This document shows, in pieces, positions 51,416 through 64,000 of a DNA stretch of 64,000 nucleotides. Origin of the DNA: Eledone cirrhosa (Eukaryota); contig OZ024761.1 in NCBI GenBank assembly GCA_964016885.1, forward strand, positions 22,630,001-22,694,000. The letters run 5' to 3'. Under the pieces are notes generated by a model. The model did no database searches and had not been told where the DNA came from. It saw only the letters and a program-made list of their open reading frames with translations. Position numbers and translations under genes: made by a program. Position 1 is the first letter of the stretch; each line of letters begins with the position of its first letter.

Positions 51416-52140
51416 CCCTCGATGCCGGTGTTGAACAAACGGATGACGATTGGTCATCGACACAGCATAACTTATAATCGAGCCGTTTGTTTACAAACGA
51501 ATCGAATATCATTATGGCAGTATCGATAGAGGGTCGGACGCCATGCTTTGACGCATAGAGTTACGGTCCTTTCCATTCTGAGTTCAAATCCCGCCGAGGT
51601 TAACTTTACCTTTCATCCTTACGGGGTCGATAAAATAAAGTACCAGTACTGCACTGATAATTGCTGGCCTTGTGCCAAAAGTAGAAACAATTATTAATTT
51701 TCGATATAACCCATACGTACATATCATCATCATCATCATCATTTTACGTCCGCTTTTCCCTACTTGTATATATGTGTGTGTGTGTGTGTGTGCGTATGCA
51801 TATATCAAATTTTCCTTCCGATGAACGACTTCGGACGCCTCTGTTGAGGTTGCCTGCCTTCGTGAAACCTTGCGTAATGGAATAATTATATTGTGTTGTT
51901 TATTACATAATTACTTATATATATAGATAGATAGATTTAGATGTAGATATAGATATAGAAATATATATAAATATCAATATATATATATATTGATCTCTAG
52001 TTCTAGTCTTAGTCCGACTGCTCATCCCTCCCCCTCTCTCTCTCTAAATCATATTTCTATTTATGAGCTCTATTTCTTTTTAATACCGTCTCTCCTTACG
52101 TCCTTGACTCTCTCTCTCACTCTCTTTCTCTATCCCTCCA

Positions 52141-52177
<37 letters not shown>

Positions 52178-52212
52178 ATATATCGTCTGCTTTCTTTCTA
52201 TATACATATATG

Positions 52213-52248
<36 letters not shown>

Positions 52249-52269
52249 CGTGTGTGCGTGTGTGTGTGC

Positions 52270-52356
<87 letters not shown>

Positions 52357-52860
52357 GTCAGACATAATTGAAAGGATGGTATGTTCAATCAAAGACATTA
52401 TATAACAACAGCTGTCTTTACTTAACACAAACGATCAGACGATCAGATTCAGACTGGAAAATGTTCGATTAATCGATTAAGATTTTACTGAAAACTGTCC
52501 AGACAACGATTATTAGTATATTCGGGTTACAAGGTACACATAATACTTACACAGAATTAATATAAGAACAGTTTTTTCTTATATTAATTGTATTAATCGT
52601 AAGTTATCTTCTGACACAGGACAAGGGCAACGACGTCGCCGTCTCCGCAAAATGTTTTTATATTATTTGTTTATTTATAAGAAATAAACACCCCCCTGAC
52701 ATTGAATAATAGATTAAAGCAAAAACATGTTTTACTTTTTAATATATGTTTTCAGTAAGTACAGACGACTACACCCTTACTCTCTTTCTCTCTCTCCATC
52801 TCCCTCTCTCTCACTCTCTCTCTCTCTCTCTATCTAATGTCTTTCTCAGTGTTCCTACTC

Positions 52861-52979
<119 letters not shown>

Positions 52980-53360
52980 ATCCTTCTCTTTCTTTCTCTA
53001 TTAATGGTTATTCATTTTGATAGAAAATAAATATCACGCTCTCCTCTGTATTGCAGATTAGCATTATATCTGGTGGCAATCATGCCTCGCCCAGCCTCAT
53101 GTCACTTTTGGCTCGCTGTGCAGGACGTAATGACCCTTTGAGTCTTTGAGTTTGTGAACCCTGTTCTAATGTTTAAGGCCAGGTCAATCTTGATAGTAGG
53201 TGGCGAATTATCAGAGTCGTTAGAATGTCAGATAGAATGCTTTATGGTATTCGTTCCAGGTCACTGCTCTCTGAATTTAAATCCTGCCGTGGTAAACTTT
53301 GCCTTTCATCCTTTCGGGTCGATAAAAAAAGTACCAGTCTAGTACTGGATTCGATTCTTC

Positions 53361-53438
<78 letters not shown>

Positions 53439-54735
53439 ACCCTTAGTAACTCCTTGCAGAACTCCTGGCGACCTCTTGTGGGAGCCAAGAGTTCCTTGGA
53501 ACACCGGTTGAAATAACAATTGTAGAGGCTAATTGGTTTAAGGTGTATTTTTTGTTGTTGCTGTAGTCGTTTTAAGGCGGTGGTGTGTGATTTAGAGGTA
53601 AATTTGGTTGTTATGTCTAGCGGAGCAAACGAACGCCACTTAAGTAAACCCTCTCTCGGCCGTCTTGTTACATATATTATGTTAATTAGCTAAAGGTGGT
53701 GTTGTTTTGATGGAGTATCTGACATAAAATAGGCAAGTATAGCCATCGCAAACAACACCGTTGTCTCATCAATATCGATTTCTGTTCACTAGATACATAA
53801 CGACGACTACTGCAGAAGGAACGTTACAGATTAATCTATCGTTCTCTACTTATTACTAGTATGTAAAACGAGCCGCTACATGGTTGCACCAGCTGCTAGA
53901 TATAACGGCAGCATTTTCAAATCGTACCAACCATCTTAAGAAAAACGAAAAAACAAAAAAAAAACAAAAAAAAACCACACATTCCCTTTTTATTTATTTC
54001 ATTTTTTTAAATTTTGTATATACTAAATTTTCAGAAAAGGAATTGTTAAATAAGACCAAAATACCAATGTTTCCATTGCTGCTACTATCTGTCACAACAC
54101 CTGGCAGAAGAAAGGAGCTGATCATCAGATCAGACCAAGGTAACAATGCTTCCATTGGTCTTTCCATTGCTGATACTGTCTGACAGTCACAACTCCTGGC
54201 AGAAGAAAGGAATTGATCATCAGATCAGACCAAGGTAACAATGCTTCCATTGCTGATACTGTCTGTCAGTCACACCACCTGGGAGTAGAAAGGAGCTGAT
54301 CATCAGATCAGACCGAGGAAACAATGGCAGAAAGTGGAATGTAAAATAACGTATTGCGCTTAAGAACACAATGTGTTACCTGGTCCAGGAATCGAACCAA
54401 CAATCTCACAATTGTCAATCCAACACCCTAACCACCAGGCAGTCCACATACCACCCAACCTGGGTATCAAACCCACATCACGGTTGTCAGTGTAACACCC
54501 TAATCACAACCCAGTCTTGGTTTCAAACCCACTACCTCACAGTTGTATGTCTCAATTTCCTTACAATAAACCCCGCTAGGTCAAAAGTTACAACACATCG
54601 ACTTATGTGACAAAACAACAGTAATAAACACAATAAACAGCGCTATTCTTGTTAGAATATGGAAAATCAAACCTCTGCCAGGGCAAAAGATAACAATATC
54701 ACGAGGAGCATTGGGAAACCTCTCTAATCATTTTT

Positions 54736-55133
54736 GAAACAAACCAGTACGCTCACAGCGTTACCTCGGGTGATGGTGAGACTGATGCGTTGGAACAGCC
54801 AAGTGCCTTCACGAGCATCACCAGTAACTTCGGCTAGGCAAGCCACCAAGAAAACAAAAACTTCGCAGTTAACGGTCCTGTTCCCCCAAACGCCTCGAAC
54901 GCCACAGACTGAAAAATGTAGTTAGCCGATAGATCAGGATATTTCAGGATTTTGCTACGGAAGCTGTAGCTCCCGCTGGGAAGAATCAAAAGAGCCACCA
55001 CTAACTGTGATGTCCCATATCAGGGGCACAGGGTAAGGCCGTCAGGTCTTTAACCATCAATTCTGGACAACCAAGACGGTTCCAAAATTGAGGGGATGTT
55101 TGCCTGGGCCAAAGCTCTCTTGATGATGAGGTT
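54736..55133 (-). mobile_element. CRE-clade retrotransposon relic covering most of the restriction-like endonuclease domain
   Basis: NLIIKRALAQANIPSILEPSWLSRIDG*RPDGLTL..LIWDITV..KYPDLSANYIFQSVAFEAFGGTGP..TGDAREGTWLFQRISLTITRGNAVSVL, with a stop and frameshifts. Confidence 0.85.
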
Positions 55134-55764
55134 AGAATATTCTATATCAGTTCATAAGTTTTATCATATTATTTAAATCCAGGAGGTACGATAAAATCAT
55201 TCTACTAATGAATTTTGTTCGTTTAATGTCATATAATATTTTTTTTCGGTCAATATCTAAGCAAGGATATTTTTGACTCGCAATATAATAACAATAATAA
55301 ATTATTCTAAGTTGTGTCCCTTGCTTGTTAATTTACAAGTTATTCCCCCTTATTTTTAGTTACCGCTTTTTTATTTTTTTATAACAAATTGCCTGAAACA
55401 AAACCTTCCGTAATAATTTTATATAAGAACCTTTCTGCTAGTTGTGTTCTAAACATCAGTTAAATCATGAGAAAGTTAGTTATTTTACTAAATCCCCCCA
55501 AATTCTTAATTATATTCAAACTTTTATTTTATTTTATTTTTTAATGGTACAAATAATTTTTTCTTTACAGAAAAATTTATATAAAGCAATAAAGAAATGA
55601 AGAATAGAAGAAAAGAATAAATGAAAGAAGAAATAAATAAGAATAGAAGAAAAGGATAAATGAAAGAAGAAATTAAACAATGAAAGGAAGAGACGAGAGG
55701 CAGGGAGTGGGCGACAGACTCTATATCCCAGTCTGAGTAGTATCTCTCAGCTGTATCCTTCAGA

Positions 55765-56030
55765 CAAAATGGCGAAGGTATACCACAGAGAAGTGCCAGC
55801 GACACCCGCTACAACAACCACTCATCCTCATGGGGCTCCTTTCTTAGACGGGCTGTCATTTTATCGATTTTGCGAAGGAAAAAGACAGTCCAGGGACGTG
55901 GGACACTTGAAGTTTCAATGACAGCCAGTGTGAACAGGAAACGGTCTTTCAAACTCTGGTATTGGGCAATTTTTTCTCTACTACTCTGCGGGCGGCAGTG
56001 CCTGGGTTTGGACTCCGCTAGACGGCGTTT
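55765..56030 (-). mobile_element. CRE-clade retrotransposon 3' relic (most decayed)
   Basis: KIAQYQSLKDRFLFTLAVIETSSVPRP...KEPHEDEWLL*RVSLALLCG. Confidence 0.65.
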
Positions 56031-56064
56031 ATCTATTAACCTTATATATATTCATATATACATC

Positions 56065-56099
<35 letters not shown>

Positions 56100-56348
56100 A
56101 TACTTTGGGAGGGTCATGTTGCCAATAAGAAACACACGCACCAGTTGCTTTTACTTCAATTTATTATATATTTATAAATTTATAAGTTTACAAATTTACA
56201 AACTTATAAATTTCTGGTTGGTTGGTTGGTTCCACAACCAGATAGTTGTTTATATATAGTCATAGTCCTTTCGTCACACACTCTGTGACCTCTTCAGTGA
56301 CTGGGGATTCCTTTCTTTGTTTCTGTGCCTTTCCTTTCTTCTATCCTA

Positions 56349-56430
56349 CGCCATTTTGTTTGTGTGTGTGTTGTGTGCTCAGTTTGCGCATGCGCCACAT
56401 CCGGATGTGGCGCATGCGCAAAAGGTAAAC
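56349..56430. promoter_or_regulatory. Promoter-like cluster: YY1 motif, two NRF1-like TGCGCATGCGC and ETS-like CCGGATGT inside a perfect 40-bp palindrome
   Basis: CGCCATTTTG at 56349; palindrome 56383-56422; plus-strand donor-like AAG|gtaaac at 56424/56425. Confidence 0.5.
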
Positions 56431-57018
56431 AGAAATAACAACACAATCGGTATAGTATATGGAAGGGATATATTAGGTTTAGGGATTGTAACATCCAGTT
56501 ACTCTAGGTTCACCAGAATGAGCACTCGATGCGTAGTTTTACCCCCACTGAAAATGAAGTAAAATTGACCACCATAAATGAATGGGAACTGATATGTACT
56601 TTCTCAAAGCTGTAAGGGAGTCGAACTAGATGGAACCTTGAGCTGATCAATCGCGAAACGCGCGTCACACCTCGACACCTCGTCCTTTTTATTATCATTA
56701 TTTAATGTACTGGGTAATTGCTGGCCTTGTGCCTCAAGTAGAAACAATTATAAAATAAAGAGGGCGGTGGATTGGCAGTATCGGTAGAGGGTCGGACGCC
56801 ATGCTTTGAAGCATAGAGTTACCACCCTTTATGGTCTGAGTTCAAATCCCGCCGAGGTTAACTTTGCCTTTCATCCTTACGAGGTCGATAAAATAAAGTA
56901 CCAGTAATACACTGGGATAATTGCTGGCCTTGTGCCAAAAGTAGAAACAATTATTATAAAATAAAGTACCAGTAATGCACTGGATGATTCCTGGCCTTGT
57001 GCCAAAAGTAGAAACAAT

Positions 57019-57136
<118 letters not shown>

Positions 57137-58471
57137 AAGTAGCACACGAAAGATAAAAGGAAATACGTGTGACGAATGACTAATATCATCGGATTCCTCA
57201 TCAGCCACTGGCAGTACAACTGGACCGTGATATATATGACTATACAAAGACATCTGGCATGTTATGGCTGATATAATTACGATATGAAACAAACGCGAAA
57301 ATAATTTATAATTTAATTTAAGTAATTGTTTCTACATTTGGCACAAGGCCAGTAATTAAACCGTACATTACTGGTACTTTATTTTATCGACCCCGTAAGG
57401 ATGAAAGGCAAAGTTAACCTCGGCGGGATTTGAACTCAGAATTTTATTTAAGTAATGGTTTCTGATTTAGGTACAAGATCAACAATTTTTGGGGAATGTA
57501 AAGTTGAATAATCGAGATCAGTGCGTTACTGGTACTTTATTTTATCGACCCCGAAAGGTAAAGCTAACCTCGGTGTAATAATGGTCTCCGATTTAGGCAC
57601 AAGACCAACAATTTTGGGGCGGTGGAAATCGAATAAATCGAACCAATGTGTTACTGGTACTTTATTTTATCGACCCCGCAAGGATATAAAGCTAAGGTAG
57701 ATAATAATCCACATATTTCTTTGTTTATTTCTAATTTTTATTTATTTATTTAAATAATTGTTTCTACTTTAGGCACAAGGCCAGCAATTACCCAGTTCAT
57801 TACTGGTACTTTATTTTATCGACCCCGTAAGGATGAAAGGCAAAGTCAACCTCGGCGGGATTTTATTTAAATAATAATAGTAGTTTATAGATTCACAAAT
57901 AAAATGTCTGAAACAATGAGCCTTTGTCATGTGGCGAACAACGATTGATTTACCAGATGAAGAAACTCAGGAAGGCGGAAGCCATGTTTGAAATAAATAA
58001 ATCGATGGTGTATTAGTCAGCAGGCCGAACAATAATAAATATAGGTAGGAGAGGAATTCAAGGCAGCGGCGAGTGATGAATAAAATAACAGGCTAAACAT
58101 GTGGTGGTATCAATCAATAATTTGGTATATGGCAGCAGACTAGAGTGATTGGCATAGCTGTTTTATCAGACAGCCAGCTTAACAACGAGCTTGTTTGCAG
58201 ACAGAGATGGCGGTTATAATTGTCGGCAAACGTTATTCGAAGAAGAGAACCCAAACGATCTAAACAGAAAAAAAGAAACAAAAAGAGAGGATTTATACAC
58301 CAATGCGCTGACATAGTTTAATGGCCGCGAACACACAGATACATAAAACACACTGAGACATCTCTTTGGTTATTTGTATATAACTAGATTACATTTATAA
58401 GTATTATACACACGCACGTCTACACATATATATATGTATATCTATCTATCTATCTATATATCTCTATATAT

Positions 58472-58634
58472 ATAGGAAAAAGGATAACCCCGACGGCAGA
58501 GCTCAAGCCGTCGGGACTTTTCCTATTACCCACTCTACTACCCTAAGTATTGAGTACTCTGGTGCGTTATGGTCCATCTGGTTCCTTACCACATTTCCTT
58601 CGTTATATATATATATATATATATATTTCCTTCG

Positions 58635-58672
<38 letters not shown>

Positions 58673-58806
58673 CAAAGGAATTGTGGTTAGGAACCAGATG
58701 GACCATAACGCACCAGAGTACTCAATACTTAGGGTAGTAGAGTGGGAAATAGGAAAAAGCCGTCGAAACGGCTTGAGCTCTGCCGTCGGGGTCATACTTT
58801 TTCCTA
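58472..58806. mobile_element. (TA)n-embedded palindromic element: two approximately 135-nt units in inverted orientation around a (TA)n spacer
   Basis: GGAACCAGATGGACCATAACGCACCAGAGTACTCAATACTTAGGGTAGTAGAGTGGG is present on both strands. Confidence 0.75.
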
Positions 58807-58914
58807 TATATATATATATATATATATATATTTGCTCTACGGTTCTTATATATTTGATATATATTTATCCTTATCGAGCCCTCTTTGGATTTTAGTCTTC
58901 AAATTTATTATTAT

Positions 58915-58972
<58 letters not shown>

Positions 58973-59129
58973 ATAAGGGTTGACGGCCCCAGCATATTTA
59001 TCAATGCCAGTACCGGTTGTATCTCAGCGATATCAATGGGCAATGTAAGATACATTACCAGAGTATACACATAGTTATTTGCCTCAACACAACACACGTA
59101 AAACGGGTGCCTATATATGTGTGTGTGTG

Positions 59130-59211
<82 letters not shown>

Positions 59212-59584
59212 GTGTACATGTGTTAGCCGGTATTCAAACAGCCAATAATATATATATATATATACACCACATACACATATATATATGTGTATGTGGTGTA
59301 TATATATATATGTATATGTGTGTGTGGTGTATATATAAAATGTGTGTGTGGTGTATATATATATATATATATTATTGGCTGTTTAAATACGAGCTAACAC
59401 ATGTGCGTTACAAAAGATGCGAGGTCAAAGATGTCTATGGAAGCCATGAGCACTATTGCTTGTGTGGAAGTAATGGGAAGCAGTAATGGAAGAGAAAGAT
59501 AGTGGAATACAGCAGGTAGCAGAGAATCACAGTAGGAATAATGATATTTGGGAGTAATAGATATTAGCATTTCATGCTAATATT

Positions 59585-59615
<31 letters not shown>

Positions 59616-59887
59616 TCATTTTATTAAGGCTAAATATTGAGTCTTGTTACTCTGGAGTTTCACCTGTTTACCACAGGCTCATCTGTGAATATTAAAATGA
59701 ATATTTAAACTCTACTTCTGTATCGAGTACTCTTTTCTCTCAACCGTCAACCACATACGGATATATATGATTTCCTTTCAATGAAACAGTTCTAGTAATA
59801 GTGTCTGTTTCTTTATCTCCTTTTCTTATTTCTCCAATTCCTTATTTCTTTTCCTCCGCTTCCCCTTCTCCATATTTCTTTAATACT

Positions 59888-59924
<37 letters not shown>

Positions 59925-61449
59925 AATATACACAATATATTAATAAATGGAAACTATATTTATAAAACCATATTTATTTTATTATACATATTTCAAGGGC
60001 AACCAAGGCAAATTATGGTCCGCTTTCATCAGATAAAATACAGATTTGTTTTATAAATAAATATTGAAATACCCGGAAAAAAAGATAACCTTAACGGTTG
60101 GAGCTTCCTGGATATATAAATATATATATATATAGAGAGAGAGAGAGAAGGGTATAATTTAATCATTTTAATTCTTTACCTTTGAGAATTATTAATATAG
60201 TTCTACCACTGATACACACACACACACATATATATAGAACTGTTTCATTCAAAGGAAATCATCTATCTATATATATATATATATAACATCATTAGTAACT
60301 TAATATTACATAATAATAAACTAATACTAAATATTAAATTCTCCATTATTTTTAAGTAATCTTATCCTAAATACTTATTGGTCTGATTAAATAAATCTTT
60401 AACCAATAAATTATGGTGCCCCAGCAGGGACACGTGGAGGAGTAATAGAGTAATATATATACGTGTCTCTGTGTTATAAGTTGATATATAAATATCAACT
60501 TATAACACAAAGACATATATATATATATATATATATACACTGTTACATATATACATATGTATAATAAGGAGCAGAAAGAATGAGTGACAGATTGGAGGAA
60601 AGAGATGGATGGAAGATGGTGAACGGGGAGTAAGAAAATGGTGAGTGAATGAGAGATTGAAAGATGTGTGAGGAATAAGACTTGGTGGGAGAGAGTGATA
60701 AACAACGATAGATAAAGGGATAGTGAGTGAGAGAGAGAGAGGGAGCGATAGAGAGAGAGGGAGGAGAGAAATAGACAAAGAAAAAGTGAGGTGTAAGGAA
60801 TATATGAGGGGGGGGGGGTTGAGAGATTGAGTGATAAATAACGACAGGGAGAGAAAGGGAGTGATAATGAGTCAGGAGTGAGATAATGACACATGAGTGA
60901 GAAAGAGAGGAAAGGTGACAGACAGATAATGAGAGAGGGGGGGAAAGAGCGAGAAACTAAGCGATAAATAACGAGAGGGAGAGAAGCAATAAGAGAGACA
61001 GAAATAATGAGTGAGAGATTAACTGATAAATAACGAGAGAGGAAGAGTGTCAGAGATAATGAGTGAGGTATAAGGAAGACATGAGAGATTGTGCGATAAA
61101 TGAGGAGAGAGAGAGAGAGATAATGGGTGAGAGACTGAGCGATAAATAACGAGAGAGAGAAAGATAGAATTAGTGAGGGGGTGAGGAAGACATGAGAGAG
61201 CGAGTGAGTAAGTGAAAACATCGGAGTAACGTGGGCGAGATACGAAATAAAATAAAATAAAATAAAATAAAATAAAATAATATCCAAACGATAAAAATAC
61301 TAAAAAACGTGTAGAAAACATAAAATTACCTCCCCTTCCTTCTTCCTCTCTTGCTAATAAAAAAAAACTGAATCACGTGTTGCTAAAGTACAGTCTGTGA
61401 TTGGTCAATTTTGTCAATTATAATTTGCTACTCCTTCTTCTTCAGTGAA

Positions 61450-61486
61450 ATGCCTGTTCCTGAAGCGTATGGCGGGATGAGGTTAC
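61450..61486 (+). CDS. Possible first coding exon of an unidentified plus-strand gene (MPVPEAYGGMRL+C)
   Basis: gaaATG, ends C|gtgagt; preceded by ttcttcttcag (acceptor or Inr-like TCAGT), an E-box CACGTG (61374) and an ATTGG box (61400). No recognisable homology. Confidence 0.3.
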
Positions 61487-62248
61487 GTGAGTAAGAGCCT
61501 ACATCTTGTACGTACGACTACAAAGGAAATGCAATTTTATAATCGCACACACGCTACACGTACAAAAATATAATATAATATATATACATGTATAGTATAT
61601 ATTATATATATACAAACAGAAAAAGAATATATTAATTTATATATATATTTATATATTTAAATAATATAATATATATATATATATAGAAAACATCATCCAT
61701 CCATCCCCCCACGAAACAGAAAGAAGGGAAAAAAAAATATTTTTTTTCTTTTTTTAACCAGCTTCTTTGATGTCTGAAGCTCTCTGTTTTTAGTGGGGTG
61801 TTGGTTCGTCTGAGAGAGCCGACAGACGGAAAGAAAGTGATTTGGAGATCGAGAAAGAGAACCATAACAACAAACAACACAACAATAACAAAAAAAAAAC
61901 AAAAAAAAACGAAACGAAACGAAACGAAACGAAACAAAACACAGTACTACTACTACTACTACCACCATCATCATCATCAACAACAAGAAGCTGGGATGGA
62001 GAATGGCTTTCTTCCGGATTGACAAAGGCTTATGGTGTCTAATCTCCCATGTTTCACACACACAAATCATTCAGATCATACATAGTACGGATATCAATCT
62101 GCAATGTTTTAGCTAACATTTTAGTCGGAGGTAGGCATTGTATAACCAAAAAAAAAAAACCTCACAAACATTGTTGCATGTCTTGTGCTTATATATATTC
62201 TTATATTATATTATATTACATATTATATATATGTATATATATATATAT

Positions 62249-62291
<43 letters not shown>

Positions 62292-63120
62292 TATATTTAT
62301 TTATATATTTATTGTGATGCTTAGCTGTCCACATTCTTCCCATATATACATATATACACATTTTTTTGTGTTCTGTGAGTATTATTAATTGTATACGTTG
62401 GGTTACATTCCATTTAAAATAATATATATATATTTATATAATGTATATATTTACACACGCATATATATATATATATTATATAGTTGTATATATTTATAAA
62501 ATATGGTTCTGATTGTAACAAACAAAATAATTTTCTATGAAAAATCGATCAAGTTTGACTATTCGATATCTAGTGTCTGTGCGTGCGTCTATGTGTATGT
62601 GTATATATATATATGTATGTATACATATATATATATATATACGTACTCAATGGTGTGAATTTATATTGTGTACGATCTAGTTTATATATATATAATGTAC
62701 AGCACTCTATACACTGAAAGGTGTAGGTGATGATGATTGTTTGCTTGTAGAGTACTCCGAGTTACACCCCGCCCCCGTCCACCATTCTACTCATTTCCCC
62801 CTCCATCCTTTCAAATATTCCTCAAGTCCCCCATTTAATTTTTAACTTGGCCTTTTTCTTTATTCTTTTTTTTTTCTTTGCACGTTTTTGTTTCTTCGTT
62901 GGCTTCGTCAGTTGAATATTATCTTTGTTATATATATGTATATATAACCTTTTTTTTTTAAATTGACCTTCTACCTCAATGAGATATTAGTGCGATGAGT
63001 TTCCAGGAGTGAGTTCTCTCTTGAACGATGTTTCTGTCGTTGGTCCTTCTTTCTCTAGGATGAAGTACGGCAGATTGGGAGAAAGCCAGTGGATGTCTGC
63101 GTCGGCCGCAAGTTAAATTC

Positions 63121-63342
63121 AAAGTCTTCGTAGAATTGTGTATAACGTTCAGTTGCTGTGAAGAATTAAAGATCTAACGTTTCGGAAAATTATCCGTCCT
63201 CAATAGAAAGTAGAAGAAAAAAAGCGAAGAAGTTGTTTGCTAAACTTTTCTTTTTCTACTCTTTTGAAGAAGTGTAAATATCCGAAACGTCAGACTTTCT
63301 ACAGACAACCAATTGAACTGATTCGATATTCTACGAACTTTC
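63121..63342. mobile_element. Diverged inverted repeat with a hammerhead-like motif in each arm (Penelope-like terminus relic)
   Basis: Minus 63173-63207 TTGAGGA-CGGA(taattt)TCC-GAAAC-GTT-AGA; plus 63259-63294 TTGAAGA..TCC-GAAAC-GTC-AGA; outer arms AAAGTCTTCGTAGAAT / ATTCTACGAACTTT. Confidence 0.5.
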
Positions 63343-63690
63343 TGTGGCTCTCCACTTTTCTCTGCTGTTGATGAAAGCTGACGAAATTGCTTAGCCATTG
63401 CAATGTTCGTTGTCCTACTTCTCTATAGCATTAATTAAACCTTCGAGATTTTCTACTTTTCAATTTTTTTTTTTTCCATTTTTTTAAATTTCCTATTGTC
63501 TTTTTCTGTTTTTGGTTCATTTCCTTGAGTTTTTTTTTTAAAAAGAAAATGAAAAGCCTTAGGGAGAACTAGACTTTCTTCAGTCAAATTATTTCTTGTT
63601 TTGTATGTTTTATATATTTTTAATGATTTTAAATCAATTGAATTTCGTTTTTAATAACCATACATTTTGCTAAATGTGATATTTAAATTC

Positions 63691-63738
<48 letters not shown>

Positions 63739-64000
63739 GTATATATGTGTGTGTGTAAACTACAGATATTTTTCTTTTCTGACGTTCAAGATTTCATCAT
63801 AATAATGAAACTGCTCAAAATTGGTGATTGAAAATATAATGATCTCTCGTTTTCGTGTTTTTACCGATGGTATTGGTCGCCAAAATCAATTGGTTGGATT
63901 CCTGTTATAACATATCGTTTTCTCTCGGTTTCATATTCAGTCTTTTACTAGCTCGACTTAACTACTAACCACCAGCGGTCTCAAGACTAAAATATGTCTA

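Noticed and set aside
55766-55921. CAAAATGGCG with a 50-aa plus-strand ORF, looking like a gene start
   Set aside because: Lies in the antisense of a CRE retrotransposon relic.

Overview
Eukaryotic, AT-rich, microsatellite- and SINE-dense DNA whose repeat content looks like a cephalopod (octopus-type) genome; the taxon is an inference. Almost all ORFs in the supplied track are artefacts of (TA)n/(CA)n/(GA)n and minisatellites. The main feature is a complete minus-strand Splicing factor 1 (SF1/branchpoint-binding protein) gene. I assembled it by hand from 13 coding exons (47966 down to 5959, 1749 nt, 582 aa). All introns are GT-AG and phase-compatible, and the protein has a ULM (KKRSRW), SPSP, KH-QUA2, one CCHC knuckle and a Pro-rich tail. 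Exon 1 is the least certain. Introns and flanks carry three tRNA-type SINE families, RTE and CRE-clade LINE relics, TTAA piggyBac-like MITEs, many minisatellites, Penelope-type minimal hammerhead motifs and a (TA)n-embedded palindromic element family. The most notable hypotheses are: a candidate poison exon in SF1 intron 3 next to an array of branch-point-like motifs (possible autoregulation), branch-point/AGGTCA-core hairpin minisatellites, inverted MITEs flanking exons 4-5, and a perfect 40-bp NRF1/ETS palindrome. No prokaryotic system or CRISPR array is present.
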